From the NCBI GenBank assembly GCA_045599805.1, contig JAZRWQ010000107.1, forward strand, positions 1 to 33,638: 33,638 nucleotides of DNA, given 5' to 3'. How positions within the stretch are numbered: position 1 is the first letter of the stretch; each line of letters opens with the position of its first letter. The translations under genes were made by a program, and so were the position numbers. Below, in pieces: positions 17,716 to 27,234 of the stretch. The notes under the pieces were generated by a model. The model did not search any database. It saw only the letters and a program-made list of their open reading frames with translations, and had not been told where the DNA came from. Origin of the DNA: Eubacteriales bacterium. GTDB lineage: Bacteria > Bacillota > Clostridia > Oscillospirales > UMGS1783.

Positions 17716-18307
17716 TTTTCGTACCCTTTACTATTTTGTTTATTTCTTCTGTAAATGCCTTAAGTGCTCTGCCTCTGTGGCTTATGCTGTTTTTTTCATC
17801 CGACGAGAGCTGTGCAAAGCTTTTATCGAATCCGTCCGGCATGAATATGGGATCATAACCGAAGCCGTTTTCTCCGCGGGGGCAATCAAGTATTTCCCCG
17901 TGGCATTCGCCCTGAACGCAGAAACGGTTGTTTCCGTCAACAAATGCGATAGCACATACAAACTTTGCTTTTCTGTTTTCTTTGCCGAGCATATTTTTTA
18001 AAACCTTGTTTATCTTGTCGGCATCAGCGGCATTTTCTCCGGCATATCTTGCGGAGTATATGCCCGGCTCGCCGTTGAGTGCTTCAATAGACAGACCGGA
18101 ATCGTCGGCTATCGCGGGAAGTCCGGTAACCTTATAGCCGTATTGTGCTTTTATAAGCGCGTTTTCGGCAAATGTCGCACCGTTTTCCTCAACATCAACA
18201 TTTATTCCTAACTCTTTCGGCGATTTCAATGCTATTCCGTAAGGCTCAAGAATGGCTTTGAATTCGGAAATTTTATGGGCGTTGCCCGTCGAAATAAAAA
18301 ATTCCAT
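17702..18307 (-). CDS. rdgB: Non-canonical purine NTP pyrophosphatase (HAM1 family)
   Basis: TGNAHK, ENALIKA, DDSGL, PGIYSAR, GFGYDPIF, SHRG. Confidence 0.96.
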   Translation of the reverse strand: MEFFISTGNAHKISEFKAILEPYGIALKSPKELGINVDVEENGATFAENALIKAQYGYKVTGLPAIADDSGLSIEALNGEPGIYSARYAGENAADADKINKVLKNMLGKENRKAKFVCAIAFVDGNNRFCVQGECHGEILDCPRGENGFGYDPIFMPDGFDKSFAQLSSDEKNSISHRGRALKAFTEEINKIVKGTKNDNK

Positions 18308-19215
18308 TATTTAACCAGACTTTCCGCAAAATCTTTCGGCGAGAATTTTTCAAAATCCTCCGCCTTTTCTCCAAGTCCCACAAACTTTATGGGCAGACCG
18401 AGCATACGCTCAACCCCGACAGCCATACCGCCCTTGGCAGTACCGTCAAGCTTGGTTATAACGATACCCGTGAGGTCGGCGGCATCTTTGAATTCCTTTG
18501 CCTGAACAAGGGCGTTCTGACCGGTGGTGGCATCAAGTACCAAAAGTATTTCCTTATCGGAATCGGGCAGCTCACGGTCAATAACGCGTCTTATCTTGGA
18601 CAGTTCGTCCATAAGATTTTTCTTATTGTGAAGTCTTCCGGCAGTATCGCAGATGATTACATCGGCACCTCTTGATTTTGCGGCGGATATGGCGTCGAAT
18701 ACCACAGCTGCAGGATCGCCTCCCTCTCCGTGCTTTACGATGTCAACGCCGATTCTTTCAGCCCATATGGCAAGCTGGGCCGATGCGGCGGCACGGAATG
18801 TGTCGGCGGCGGCAAGGATTACCTTTTTGCCGCTGTTTTTGAGATAGAGCGCAAGCTTTGCGGTAGTACTTGTTTTGCCGGTACCGTTTACGCCTATCAT
18901 AAGAATCACCGCCGGCTTATTATCTATTTTAAGCTCAATGTTGTCATTGTTCATTTCTTCGGCAATTATGTCCGCAAGCAGACTTTTAAGCTCATCACCG
19001 GTTGAAATGTTTTTAAGTTTTGCCTGTTTTTTCAGTTCTTCAATGATGCTTTCGCTTACGTCCATGCTGATATCGGACATTATCAGCACTTCCAGCAGTT
19101 CATCAAGAAAATCCTCATCGACCGTTCTGAATGCGGCAAGCATGCCGTTCAGCTTATCTCCGAATGCCTCTCTTGACTTTGTCATTGATGACTTGAATTT
19201 ATCAAATATACCCAT
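18307..19215 (-). CDS. ftsY: Signal recognition particle receptor FtsY
   Basis: GVNGTGKT, DTFRAAA, DTAGR, DATTGQNA, TKLDGTAKGG. Confidence 0.97.
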   Translation of the reverse strand: MGIFDKFKSSMTKSREAFGDKLNGMLAAFRTVDEDFLDELLEVLIMSDISMDVSESIIEELKKQAKLKNISTGDELKSLLADIIAEEMNNDNIELKIDNKPAVILMIGVNGTGKTSTTAKLALYLKNSGKKVILAAADTFRAAASAQLAIWAERIGVDIVKHGEGGDPAAVVFDAISAAKSRGADVIICDTAGRLHNKKNLMDELSKIRRVIDRELPDSDKEILLVLDATTGQNALVQAKEFKDAADLTGIVITKLDGTAKGGMAVGVERMLGLPIKFVGLGEKAEDFEKFSPKDFAESLVK

Positions 19216-19226
19216 TTTTATCTCCG

Positions 19227-22200
19227 TTAGTTGATATTAAGTTTAGCCGCAACATCATTTACGTTTATCGTAAGCATCTTGGAAACGCCGTTTTCCTGCA
19301 TGGTTACGCCGTAAAGCACGTCGGCACCTTCCATGGTGCCGCGTCTGTGCGTTACTACCACAAACTGTGTTTTGCCGGTAATTCTGCTCATGTAATCGGC
19401 AAATTTTATGGTGTTCACTTCATCAAGCGCAGCCTCTATTTCGTCCATTACGCAAAACGGCGTCGGTCTTACTTTAAGTATTGCAAAGTAAAGCGCTATG
19501 GCAACGAATGCCTGCTCGCCGCCCGAGAGGGACGACATATTCTTTATTACCTTGCCGGGAGGCGATACCTTTATTTCTATACCGGATTCGAGCACATCGG
19601 AGGGATCCGAAAGAATAAGCTCGGCATTACCGCCGTCAAACAGCTCGATAAACGTTTCTTTGAATCTTGCATTGATCACCTTGAAGCGTTCGGCAAATAT
19701 GGTACGCATACGCTGGGTAAGATCCACAATAACCTTTTCTATTTCGGTTTTCGCATTCTGCAGATCGGTTACCTGACCGGACAGAAAATCATAACGTTCC
19801 TTTACCGATTTGTATTCCTCGATAGCGCCGATGTTTACATCACCCAGACGTTTTATCTTGCCCTTGAGTTCGTTTACACGCTGAGAAGCCTTCTGCATAT
19901 TTTCAATCCGGATACGCATAGGCTGTGCATCGCTTAACGTAAGCTCGTATTCATCGAACAGACGCATCACGATGCTATTGTATTTGCCCTCAACGGCTTC
20001 GCGTTTGGCATCAAGGCGCTCTGCCTCGCGGATAAGGTTTTCTCTCTGCAGCTGCAGATTCTTTGATTCCGTACGCAGCCCGTTTATAACCTTTTCAAAA
20101 TCTTCTCTGCTTACGATAAGCGCTTCGATTTCTTTGTTTACTTCGTCTGACTCGGCATTGAACAGCTCGATATCCTTCTGCGCCGCTGAAATGCCGTTTT
20201 CATATTCGGCTATGGAATTTTCAAGAGAAGCTATTTCATCCTGATACTGCTTAACAACGACATCGCGTTCTTTTTTGAACATAAGCATCTGGCTTATGGC
20301 AAGGCGTACACTCTCTTCATCCTTTTCCTTTGCCATAATATCCATTTTGATGTCATTAAGACGCTGTGCGGTCTGTTCTCTTTCTCTGATAGCCTCTTCC
20401 CTGTCTGACGACAAAGCATCTGCCTGCTCGGTAAGAGACTTTATATCGTTTTCGAGATTTTCGATATCGGATACGGTTAATTCCTTTTCGCGCTTTTTGT
20501 CCTGCGCCGATTTCTTGTTTTCTTCTATAAGAGATATGAGCTTATTTTTGGATTCGTTTGCATTACCAAGACGGTTAAGTATATCATCCATGCGTAAGCT
20601 TGCGGCAACCTGCTGATCGTCCAGGTCTTTTATCTGGGCATTCACGCCGTCGATATACGCAACGTCGGCATTGTATTTTTCATTGAGTTCTTTAAGTGCG
20701 GTATCAATCTTTTCAAATTCGGAAGCGCTGCTTCTAAGCTCTTTTTCCAGCTTTTCTATTTCATTTCGACGGTTGAGTATTCCCGAGCCTCGGGATGCCG
20801 AGCCGCCGGTGAGGCTGCCGCCGGCGTTGACTACCTGACCGTCAAGCGTAACTATTCTGTATTTATGACCGGACGCCTTCGCAACATTTACGGCATTGTC
20901 GATATTATCAACGATACATATTCTGCCGAGCATCGAATCAACTATCTGGCGGTAATCAGCTGAACAGGTTACCATACCGGACGCGATGCCGATTATGCCG
21001 CTGCCCTTGAATTCCGATTTGCTTACGGCGGAACCCTTTATCGTAGATACCGGCAAAAAGGTTGCTCTGCCGGCCTTATTGTTTTTCAGATAGTTTATTG
21101 CCGCCTTTGCATCGTTATCGGTATTTACGATGATATTCTGTATCTGATTGCCCAGTGCGGTTTCGATGGCTACGGAATACTTTTCTTCCGTACGTATAAC
21201 AGAAGAAACGGGGCCGTGAACGCCCTTTAAGATACCGTGCTCACTTGCATTCATTACGGTCTTAACGCTGTCATAGAAGCCGGAAAAATGCTTCTGCATA
21301 TCGTTAAGCGTATTTATGCGCAGCTTTTTCTGTTCAACGTTTCTCTGCAGTTCATCGCGGATAAGCGTTTGCTTATCTATCTTGGACTTGGCGCTTTCCA
21401 TACGCAGACGGTAGCCGCTTATTATGTTTTCACAGCTTTCCTTCTGATCGGTTATTTCTTCAAGCTTATCGGAAAATTCCTCTTTTTCGGAAAGCACTGC
21501 GCTTATGTCGGACTGTGCATCCGTAAGCTGCTCATTGAATCTTTCGAGTTCTTCGGAAAGAAGCTGTATGCTGTTATCAAGATAGCCCTCTTGAATTTTG
21601 GCATCGGTAAGCCTTGCACTCTTTTCGATTATATCGGCGTTGAGCATCTGAAGCTTGTCTTCGGTACCCTGCGACTTTTCGAATATGGATTCCGACTTGG
21701 TCAACAGTTCATTCAGTTCCCCGTTAAGGGCTTCAACCTCTGCACCAATCGTATTTATTTCCGCTTCCTTTTCGGCAATTGTTAAATCTATTTCGTCAGC
21801 CTTAAAGCGGTTTTCCTTAATATCGTTGGAAAGACGGGAAATAAGCTCGCGATTATGCTCAATATCGTTTTTAATAAGCGATATTTCATTGTTTTTTGCC
21901 TGTACTTTTTCGGAAATCTGATTGAGATTTTCGCGAAGCTCATCGATTTTCACGGCAACCTGCTGATTGTCGGCATATTTCTTATCGATATCCGCTTCAA
22001 CGGAAGCATTCTTTTCCTCGTTCTCGTCAAGGTCTTTATGTGCAATGGCACAATCGTTTTCGAGCTTTGAGCGATTGTCGCGTATCTCATCGATCTCACT
22101 TAACCAAAGAGTTATTTCCAAACTCTTTTTCTCATCGCGGAGCTCTATGTATTTCTTTGCCTTTTCAGCCTGCTCGGCAAGAGGGCCTACGCGCTCTTCA

Positions 22201-22793
22201 AGCTCGGCAAGTATATCGAGAAGACGCAGAAGGTTTTCCTGTGTCTGTTCAAGCTTTCTTTCGGATTCGTTTTTCTTGTATCTGAATTTGGAAATACCTG
22301 CGGCTTCTTCAAATATCTGTCTGCGTTCATCGCTCTTGCCGGATATTATTTCGGCAATTTTGCCCTGTCCGATTATGGAGTAGCCGTCCCTGCCGATACC
22401 GGTATCCATAAACAGCTCGTTTATATCCTTTAGGCGAACCGGAGAATTGTTTATAAGATATTCACTTTCGCCGGATCTGTAATATTTTCTTGAAACGGTA
22501 ACTTCAGAAAAATCTATGGGCAAAGTGCCGTCGCTGTTATCAAGCGTTAAAGAAACCTCGGCAAAGCCCATGGCAGTTCTGCCATGCGCACCGTCGAATA
22601 TTACATCCTCCATCTTGTTGCCGCGCAATGTCTTCGTGCTCATTTCGCCGAGTACCCAGCGTATCGCATCGGTAATATTGCTCTTGCCGCTGCCGTTGGG
22701 GCCTACTATTGCGGTAATGCCGTCATCGAAGTTTATTACGGTTTTATCCGGGAAAGATTTGAAACCTTGAATTGTCAGTGATTTTAAACGCAT
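19227..22793 (-). CDS. smc: Chromosome segregation protein SMC
   Basis: GPNGSGKS Walker A, long coiled coils, hinge GRATFLP/GGSLTGG, LSGGE signature, DEIEAALD. Confidence 0.98.
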   Translation of the reverse strand: MRLKSLTIQGFKSFPDKTVINFDDGITAIVGPNGSGKSNITDAIRWVLGEMSTKTLRGNKMEDVIFDGAHGRTAMGFAEVSLTLDNSDGTLPIDFSEVTVSRKYYRSGESEYLINNSPVRLKDINELFMDTGIGRDGYSIIGQGKIAEIISGKSDERRQIFEEAAGISKFRYKKNESERKLEQTQENLLRLLDILAELEERVGPLAEQAEKAKKYIELRDEKKSLEITLWLSEIDEIRDNRSKLENDCAIAHKDLDENEEKNASVEADIDKKYADNQQVAVKIDELRENLNQISEKVQAKNNEISLIKNDIEHNRELISRLSNDIKENRFKADEIDLTIAEKEAEINTIGAEVEALNGELNELLTKSESIFEKSQGTEDKLQMLNADIIEKSARLTDAKIQEGYLDNSIQLLSEELERFNEQLTDAQSDISAVLSEKEEFSDKLEEITDQKESCENIISGYRLRMESAKSKIDKQTLIRDELQRNVEQKKLRINTLNDMQKHFSGFYDSVKTVMNASEHGILKGVHGPVSSVIRTEEKYSVAIETALGNQIQNIIVNTDNDAKAAINYLKNNKAGRATFLPVSTIKGSAVSKSEFKGSGIIGIASGMVTCSADYRQIVDSMLGRICIVDNIDNAVNVAKASGHKYRIVTLDGQVVNAGGSLTGGSASRGSGILNRRNEIEKLEKELRSSASEFEKIDTALKELNEKYNADVAYIDGVNAQIKDLDDQQVAASLRMDDILNRLGNANESKNKLISLIEENKKSAQDKKREKELTVSDIENLENDIKSLTEQADALSSDREEAIREREQTAQRLNDIKMDIMAKEKDEESVRLAISQMLMFKKERDVVVKQYQDEIASLENSIAEYENGISAAQKDIELFNAESDEVNKEIEALIVSREDFEKVINGLRTESKNLQLQRENLIREAERLDAKREAVEGKYNSIVMRLFDEYELTLSDAQPMRIRIENMQKASQRVNELKGKIKRLGDVNIGAIEEYKSVKERYDFLSGQVTDLQNAKTEIEKVIVDLTQRMRTIFAERFKVINARFKETFIELFDGGNAELILSDPSDVLESGIEIKVSPPGKVIKNMSSLSGGEQAFVAIALYFAILKVRPTPFCVMDEIEAALDEVNTIKFADYMSRITGKTQFVVVTHRRGTMEGADVLYGVTMQENGVSKMLTINVNDVAAKLNIN

Positions 22794-22832
22794 AGTTATT
22801 TACATCCGAATATATATAAATATTTATATTAT

Positions 22833-22861
22833 ATAATATCAAAAAAATATGTACTTTTCAA
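22833..22861 (-). promoter_or_regulatory. Putative internal sigma-A promoter of smc
   Basis: TTGAAA, 17 nt, TATTAT with extended TG. Confidence 0.55.
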
Positions 22862-23871
22862 GAATTATCCGCAGCTATTAAAAAATTTCTGTTTGACAGA
22901 CCGGAATTTTCTTTGAAAACAAGTTTTTTGAGAGAATACTTCTCTTTAAAATATTTGTAATTGGATTTTTTCTGCCCTATGGCCATGGACAAATGTCCCG
23001 GCGCAATGCTGATAATTACCTCTCCGTTATGCTTTAAGCATGAGAGCTTTTCATCTATAAGCGTTCTGTATATGTAGTTTTCGCAAAGCTCTCTGAATGC
23101 AGGATGATACGGCCCTGCGACTATTGAATTATCGGTAAAGCTTTGCTCGGAGAAAAGTCCCATTCTTATTATCGGGATGCCGGCATCTTCAAACATAAGC
23201 ATCAGCTCCGCGCACAGTTTCACCGTTTCGTCAAGCGACATGGGAGTATATATCCCGGCCTTATACATACGTTCAAGCTCGGTATCCTTTACTGTTATGC
23301 AGGGATATATCCTGACTCCGTCGGGATGCATACCGATGACCTTTCGGGCTGTTTCGACAGCGCCGTTATAGGAATCCCCGGGAAGTCCGGTCATCATCTG
23401 CAGTATAAGCGAATACCCTTCTTTTCTTATAAGGTCGCAGGCATAGGCGCAGACATCGCTTTTGTGTCCGCGGCTGCACATTTCAAGCACCTTGTCGTCA
23501 AGACTCTGCATACCGAGTTCTATCGTTTTTACGGGGTATTTTTTAAGTACATCCATTATTTCCGGAGAAATATAATCAGGACGGGTGGAAAAACGGATAC
23601 CGGATATTTTATCACCGAACTGTGCCGCTGCCGCAAGATAGCCCTCCATAAGCCCACGGTCAATTCCGGTAAAGCTTCCGCCGAAAAAGGCTATCTCACA
23701 CTTTTCTCCGCCAAGAGAAAGTGTTTTGATAGCCTCACTTATGATTTCTTTTACGTCAGATATCGTAGGCGCCGTTTCAGTTGCCGCAATTTTCTTTTGA
23801 TTGCAGAAAACGCAGTCGTTGGGACAGGCAAGATGCGGTATGAAAATGGGGATATTCAGATGCTTTTTCAT
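22858..23871 (-). CDS. Radical SAM protein, Elp3-like (no acetyltransferase domain)
   Basis: CPNDCVFC (CxxxCxxC), FFGGSFT, STRPD, ELGMQS, GPYHP; ATGA overlap with rnc. Confidence 0.88.
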   Translation of the reverse strand: MKKHLNIPIFIPHLACPNDCVFCNQKKIAATETAPTISDVKEIISEAIKTLSLGGEKCEIAFFGGSFTGIDRGLMEGYLAAAAQFGDKISGIRFSTRPDYISPEIMDVLKKYPVKTIELGMQSLDDKVLEMCSRGHKSDVCAYACDLIRKEGYSLILQMMTGLPGDSYNGAVETARKVIGMHPDGVRIYPCITVKDTELERMYKAGIYTPMSLDETVKLCAELMLMFEDAGIPIIRMGLFSEQSFTDNSIVAGPYHPAFRELCENYIYRTLIDEKLSCLKHNGEVIISIAPGHLSMAIGQKKSNYKYFKEKYSLKKLVFKENSGLSNRNFLIAADNS

Positions 23872-24548
23872 AGTCCCATAAGTTTAAGGGCTTCCCCTGC
23901 CGCCTTCTGCTCGGCCTCTTTTTTACTGCCGCCGACACCTGTGCCTATGCAGTTGCTGTTGAGCATTACCGAAACCGTGAAACGTCTGCAATGAGCAGGG
24001 CCCTCCGTCTTTATAAGCTCATATTCAAGACGCTCGCCTTTATTCTGCTGAACTATCTCCTGAAGCATAGTTTTGGAATCCTTGAAAAGTCTTCCCGATA
24101 TAGCATCGTTCATATTATTTTCAATGAACGGGAGAACGAATTTTTTCGCCTCGTCCAGTCCGCCGTCAAGAAAAATGGCGGCAATAAGCGCCTCAAAAGC
24201 ATCGCCTATTGCGGAGTCACGGTTTCTGCCGCCGTTGTTTATCTCGCTCTTGCTGAAATACATATATTCGCCAAGATTGATCTGTCGCGCATATTTAGCA
24301 AGCGATGTCTCACACACAAGCGCCGCCCTTATCTTGCTGTCATCGCCCTCGTCAAAACGGGAAAACTCGCTGTAAAGCTTTTGAGCCGTAATGAAGCCGA
24401 GTACGGAATCGCCTAAAAATTCAAGGCGTTCATTGCACTCTCCGACCGGTTCTTTCGCTTCGTTCAGATAGGACGAATGGGTAAGAGCGGTTTTTAAAAG
24501 CGAAGTGTTTTTAAATGTATAACCGATGTTTTTTTCTAAATCTGTCAT
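23868..24548 (-). CDS. rnc: Ribonuclease III
   Basis: ALTHSS, NERLEFLGDSVL, DAFEALIAAIFLD, dsRBD KTMLQE...KKEAEQ. Confidence 0.97.
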   Translation of the reverse strand: MTDLEKNIGYTFKNTSLLKTALTHSSYLNEAKEPVGECNERLEFLGDSVLGFITAQKLYSEFSRFDEGDDSKIRAALVCETSLAKYARQINLGEYMYFSKSEINNGGRNRDSAIGDAFEALIAAIFLDGGLDEAKKFVLPFIENNMNDAISGRLFKDSKTMLQEIVQQNKGERLEYELIKTEGPAHCRRFTVSVMLNSNCIGTGVGGSKKEAEQKAAGEALKLMGL

Positions 24549-24562
24549 AATTGTTCCTTACT

Positions 24563-24597
24563 AAAAATAATATCCCCGAATAAATCGGGGATATTGA
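24563..24597 (-). terminator. Terminator between acpP and rnc
   Basis: AATATCCCCGA-TTTAT-TCGGGGATATT followed by ATTTTT on the minus strand. Confidence 0.85.
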
Positions 24598-24601
24598 TTT
24601 A

Positions 24602-24832
24602 TTACTGATGATCGGATATATAGTTTACTACGTCTCCGACGGTTTTGATGTTTTCAACATCCTCATCCTCAACGCTGATATTGAACTCGCTTTCGATAGC
24701 CATTATCAGCTCAACAACGTCAAGTGAATCGGCCTCCAAATCCTCAACAAAGGAAGTGTCCATAGTGATTTCCATATCGGAACTGATATCCATCTGTTCT
24801 TCCAAAATGGATTTTACCTTTTCAAATATCAT
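24602..24832 (-). CDS. acpP: Acyl carrier protein
   Basis: [17 protein letters not shown] phosphopantetheine motif; AGGAGG SD. Confidence 0.97.
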   Translation of the reverse strand: MIFEKVKSILEEQMDISSDMEITMDTSFVEDLEADSLDVVELIMAIESEFNISVEDEDVENIKTVGDVVNYISDHQ

Positions 24833-24867
24833 AATGTCCTCCTAAAACAAAAATATTCACTAATAAG

Positions 24868-24896
24868 ATAATAGTTTTATTATAGGCATATGTCAA
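24868..24896 (-). promoter_or_regulatory. Sigma-A promoter of acpP
   Basis: TTGACA (24891-24896), 17 nt, TATTAT (24868-24873). Confidence 0.78.
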
Positions 24897-24919
24897 TAGA
24901 AAATTGTATTTTTCTATAA

Positions 24920-25915
24920 TTATTTCTTTGAAACGGCATCTGAAATCACATTTATGATTTCAGATTCAACCATACTTACGCCCTGTCTTATTGCGTTATA
25001 AAACGATTTTGCATCTGATGAGCCGTGAGCCTTGATTACCACTCCGTTTACACCGATAATCGGTGCTCCGCCGTATTCGGTATAGTCATAACGCTTCATG
25101 AAGCTCTTGAGCGATTTTTTGATAACAGCCGCAGAAAGCTTATTGATAAACGAAGAATAGAATACATCCTTTATGCCGCTTAAGAAAGTAATTCCCGCAC
25201 CTTCATAGGTTTTAAGCAGGATATTGCCGGAAAAACCGTCGGCAACGATAACGTCAGCCTCGCCTACGACGGCATCACGGCCTTCGATATTGCCGGTGAA
25301 ATTTATCGCTTCCGACTCGGCCATAAGCTTGTTGGCGTCAATATGTACCGAGGTACCCTTTGTAGACTCGGTACCGTTATTGAGAAGTCCGACCTTGGGC
25401 GATTTTACGCCCATAATCTTTTCCATATACGCGCTGCCCATAATGCCGAACTGCTCAAAATATTCGGGCTTGCACTCAACATTTGCGCCGCAGTCTATAA
25501 GCAGCGAGCAGTTTTTGCGCGTAGGCAGTACAGTACCGAGAGCCGGGCGCTTTATACCCTTTATGCGCTTTACGATCAGCGTTGAACCGACTATAAGCGC
25601 GCCTGTGCTTCCAGCCGAAATGAGCATATCACCCATGCCGTCGCTGAGAAGCTGCAAACCCACGCCCATCGACGAATCCTTTTTAGACTTTACAACCACA
25701 TCGGCATGGTCTTCCATTTCGATAACGCAATCTCCGGTATCCTTATAGAAAAAGCCTTTATCGGATATACCGTTATCGGCAATAAGCTTTTTAATAAGCG
25801 CTTCATTGCCGCACAGAAGTACCTCAACGCCGAGATTTTCAACAGCCAATGCACTGCCCTTTATCATTTCAAGAGGCGCATTGTCGCCGCCCATGGCATC
25901 AACTATTATTCTCAT
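24920..25915 (-). CDS. plsX: Phosphate acyltransferase PlsX
   Basis: VDAMGGDNAP, SAGSTGA, RPAL, DCGAN, DGFSGN, KAHGSS. Confidence 0.97.
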   Translation of the reverse strand: MRIIVDAMGGDNAPLEMIKGSALAVENLGVEVLLCGNEALIKKLIADNGISDKGFFYKDTGDCVIEMEDHADVVVKSKKDSSMGVGLQLLSDGMGDMLISAGSTGALIVGSTLIVKRIKGIKRPALGTVLPTRKNCSLLIDCGANVECKPEYFEQFGIMGSAYMEKIMGVKSPKVGLLNNGTESTKGTSVHIDANKLMAESEAINFTGNIEGRDAVVGEADVIVADGFSGNILLKTYEGAGITFLSGIKDVFYSSFINKLSAAVIKKSLKSFMKRYDYTEYGGAPIIGVNGVVIKAHGSSDAKSFYNAIRQGVSMVESEIINVISDAVSKK

Positions 25916-27234
25916 ATTTTTACCTCGCTTTCCGAGATTATTTCTTTTACCGTATCTATTGCCCTTTCGGCAAGTTTAAGGCGCTTATCCGCCCGTTTAC
26001 GCACTTTAACCGATATATCGCCGAACAGTCCGAAGTTTACGTTCATAGGTTGGAAATCCTCTATTGCCGGATTTGAAACATAGTGACAAAGAGAACCTAT
26101 GGCGGTGGTATCGGGAAAAGAAAGCGGCGTCAGCCCCAGATATTTTCTTGCGGCATTTACGCCGGCAACATATCCGGAAGAGGTGCTTTCTATATACCCC
26201 TCGACACCAGTCATCTGCCCTGCAAAAAAGAGACCCTCCCTGCTTCTCATCTCATATCTCTCGTTAAGAAGCTTCGGGGAATTTATAAAGCTGTTGCGGT
26301 GCATTACACCGTACCTGGAAAAGACTGCATTTTCAAGTCCCGGTATCATTGAGAATACACGCTTTTGCTCGGGAAATTTGAGATGAGTCTGAAATCCGAC
26401 TATATTATACAGACTTCCGGCGCTGTTGTCACGGCGAAGCTGTACTACCGCATAGTGCTTCTCCCCTGTTTCGGCATTATCAAGTCCTACCGGCTTTAAA
26501 GGCCCGTAGCGCATGGTATCCTCACCGCGTGCCGCCATTACTTCAATAGGCATGCATCCTTCAAAAACCTTTGAGTTTTCAAAGTCTTTTAAAACGGCAC
26601 ATTCAGCGTTTATCAGTTCGCTGCGAAAGGCGATATACTCTTCCTTATTCATCGGGCAGTTGATATAATCGGCGCTGCCTTTTCCGTAACGAGATGCGAA
26701 AAACGCCTTTGACATATCTATACTGTCAAAAGTAACGATAGGCGCAGCGGCATCGAAAAAGCTTATGTTGTCCCCGAATTTCAAACGGATATCCGCGGCA
26801 AGCGCGTCAAGCGTAAGCGGTCCTGTGGCGATAACGCATATACCGTCATCAGGAACCTCGTTCACTTCTTCGGAAACAAAAGTAATAAGAGGATTGCTCT
26901 TTATTTTTTCGGTTATATATTCGGAAAACTTTTCGCGGTCGACCGCAAGCGCGCCGCCTGCAGGCACGGAATTTTTATCCGCCGACTCCATTATGAGCGA
27001 GCCTAAAAGACGCAGTTCCTCTTTAAGAACACCTATTGCATTGTGCATACCGTCGGCACGAAGTGAGTTGGAACAGACAAGCTCCGCAAAGTTTTCGCTG
27101 TGATGTGCAGGTGTAAAACCATTTGGCTTTACATCTATAAGCGTAACGGGAACGCCGTATTTTGCTATCTGCCATGCCGGCTCACATCCGGCAAGACCTG
27201 CGCCGATAACTTTTACAGCGTTATTTCTTTGCAT
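25912..27234 (-). CDS. trmFO: Folate/FAD-dependent tRNA m5U54 methyltransferase
   Basis: GAGLAG, AELVCSNS, FFDAAAP, FEGCMP, YGVMHRN, GQMTGVEGY. Start set at ATG 27234. Confidence 0.96.
   Translation of the reverse strand: MQRNNAVKVIGAGLAGCEPAWQIAKYGVPVTLIDVKPNGFTPAHHSENFAELVCSNSLRADGMHNAIGVLKEELRLLGSLIMESADKNSVPAGGALAVDREKFSEYITEKIKSNPLITFVSEEVNEVPDDGICVIATGPLTLDALAADIRLKFGDNISFFDAAAPIVTFDSIDMSKAFFASRYGKGSADYINCPMNKEEYIAFRSELINAECAVLKDFENSKVFEGCMPIEVMAARGEDTMRYGPLKPVGLDNAETGEKHYAVVQLRRDNSAGSLYNIVGFQTHLKFPEQKRVFSMIPGLENAVFSRYGVMHRNSFINSPKLLNERYEMRSREGLFFAGQMTGVEGYIESTSSGYVAGVNAARKYLGLTPLSFPDTTAIGSLCHYVSNPAIEDFQPMNVNFGLFGDISVKVRKRADKRLKLAERAIDTVKEIISESEVKI

Noticed and set aside
22810-22840. 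AT-only palindromes upstream of smc
   Set aside because: Low complexity; explained by an AT-rich promoter.
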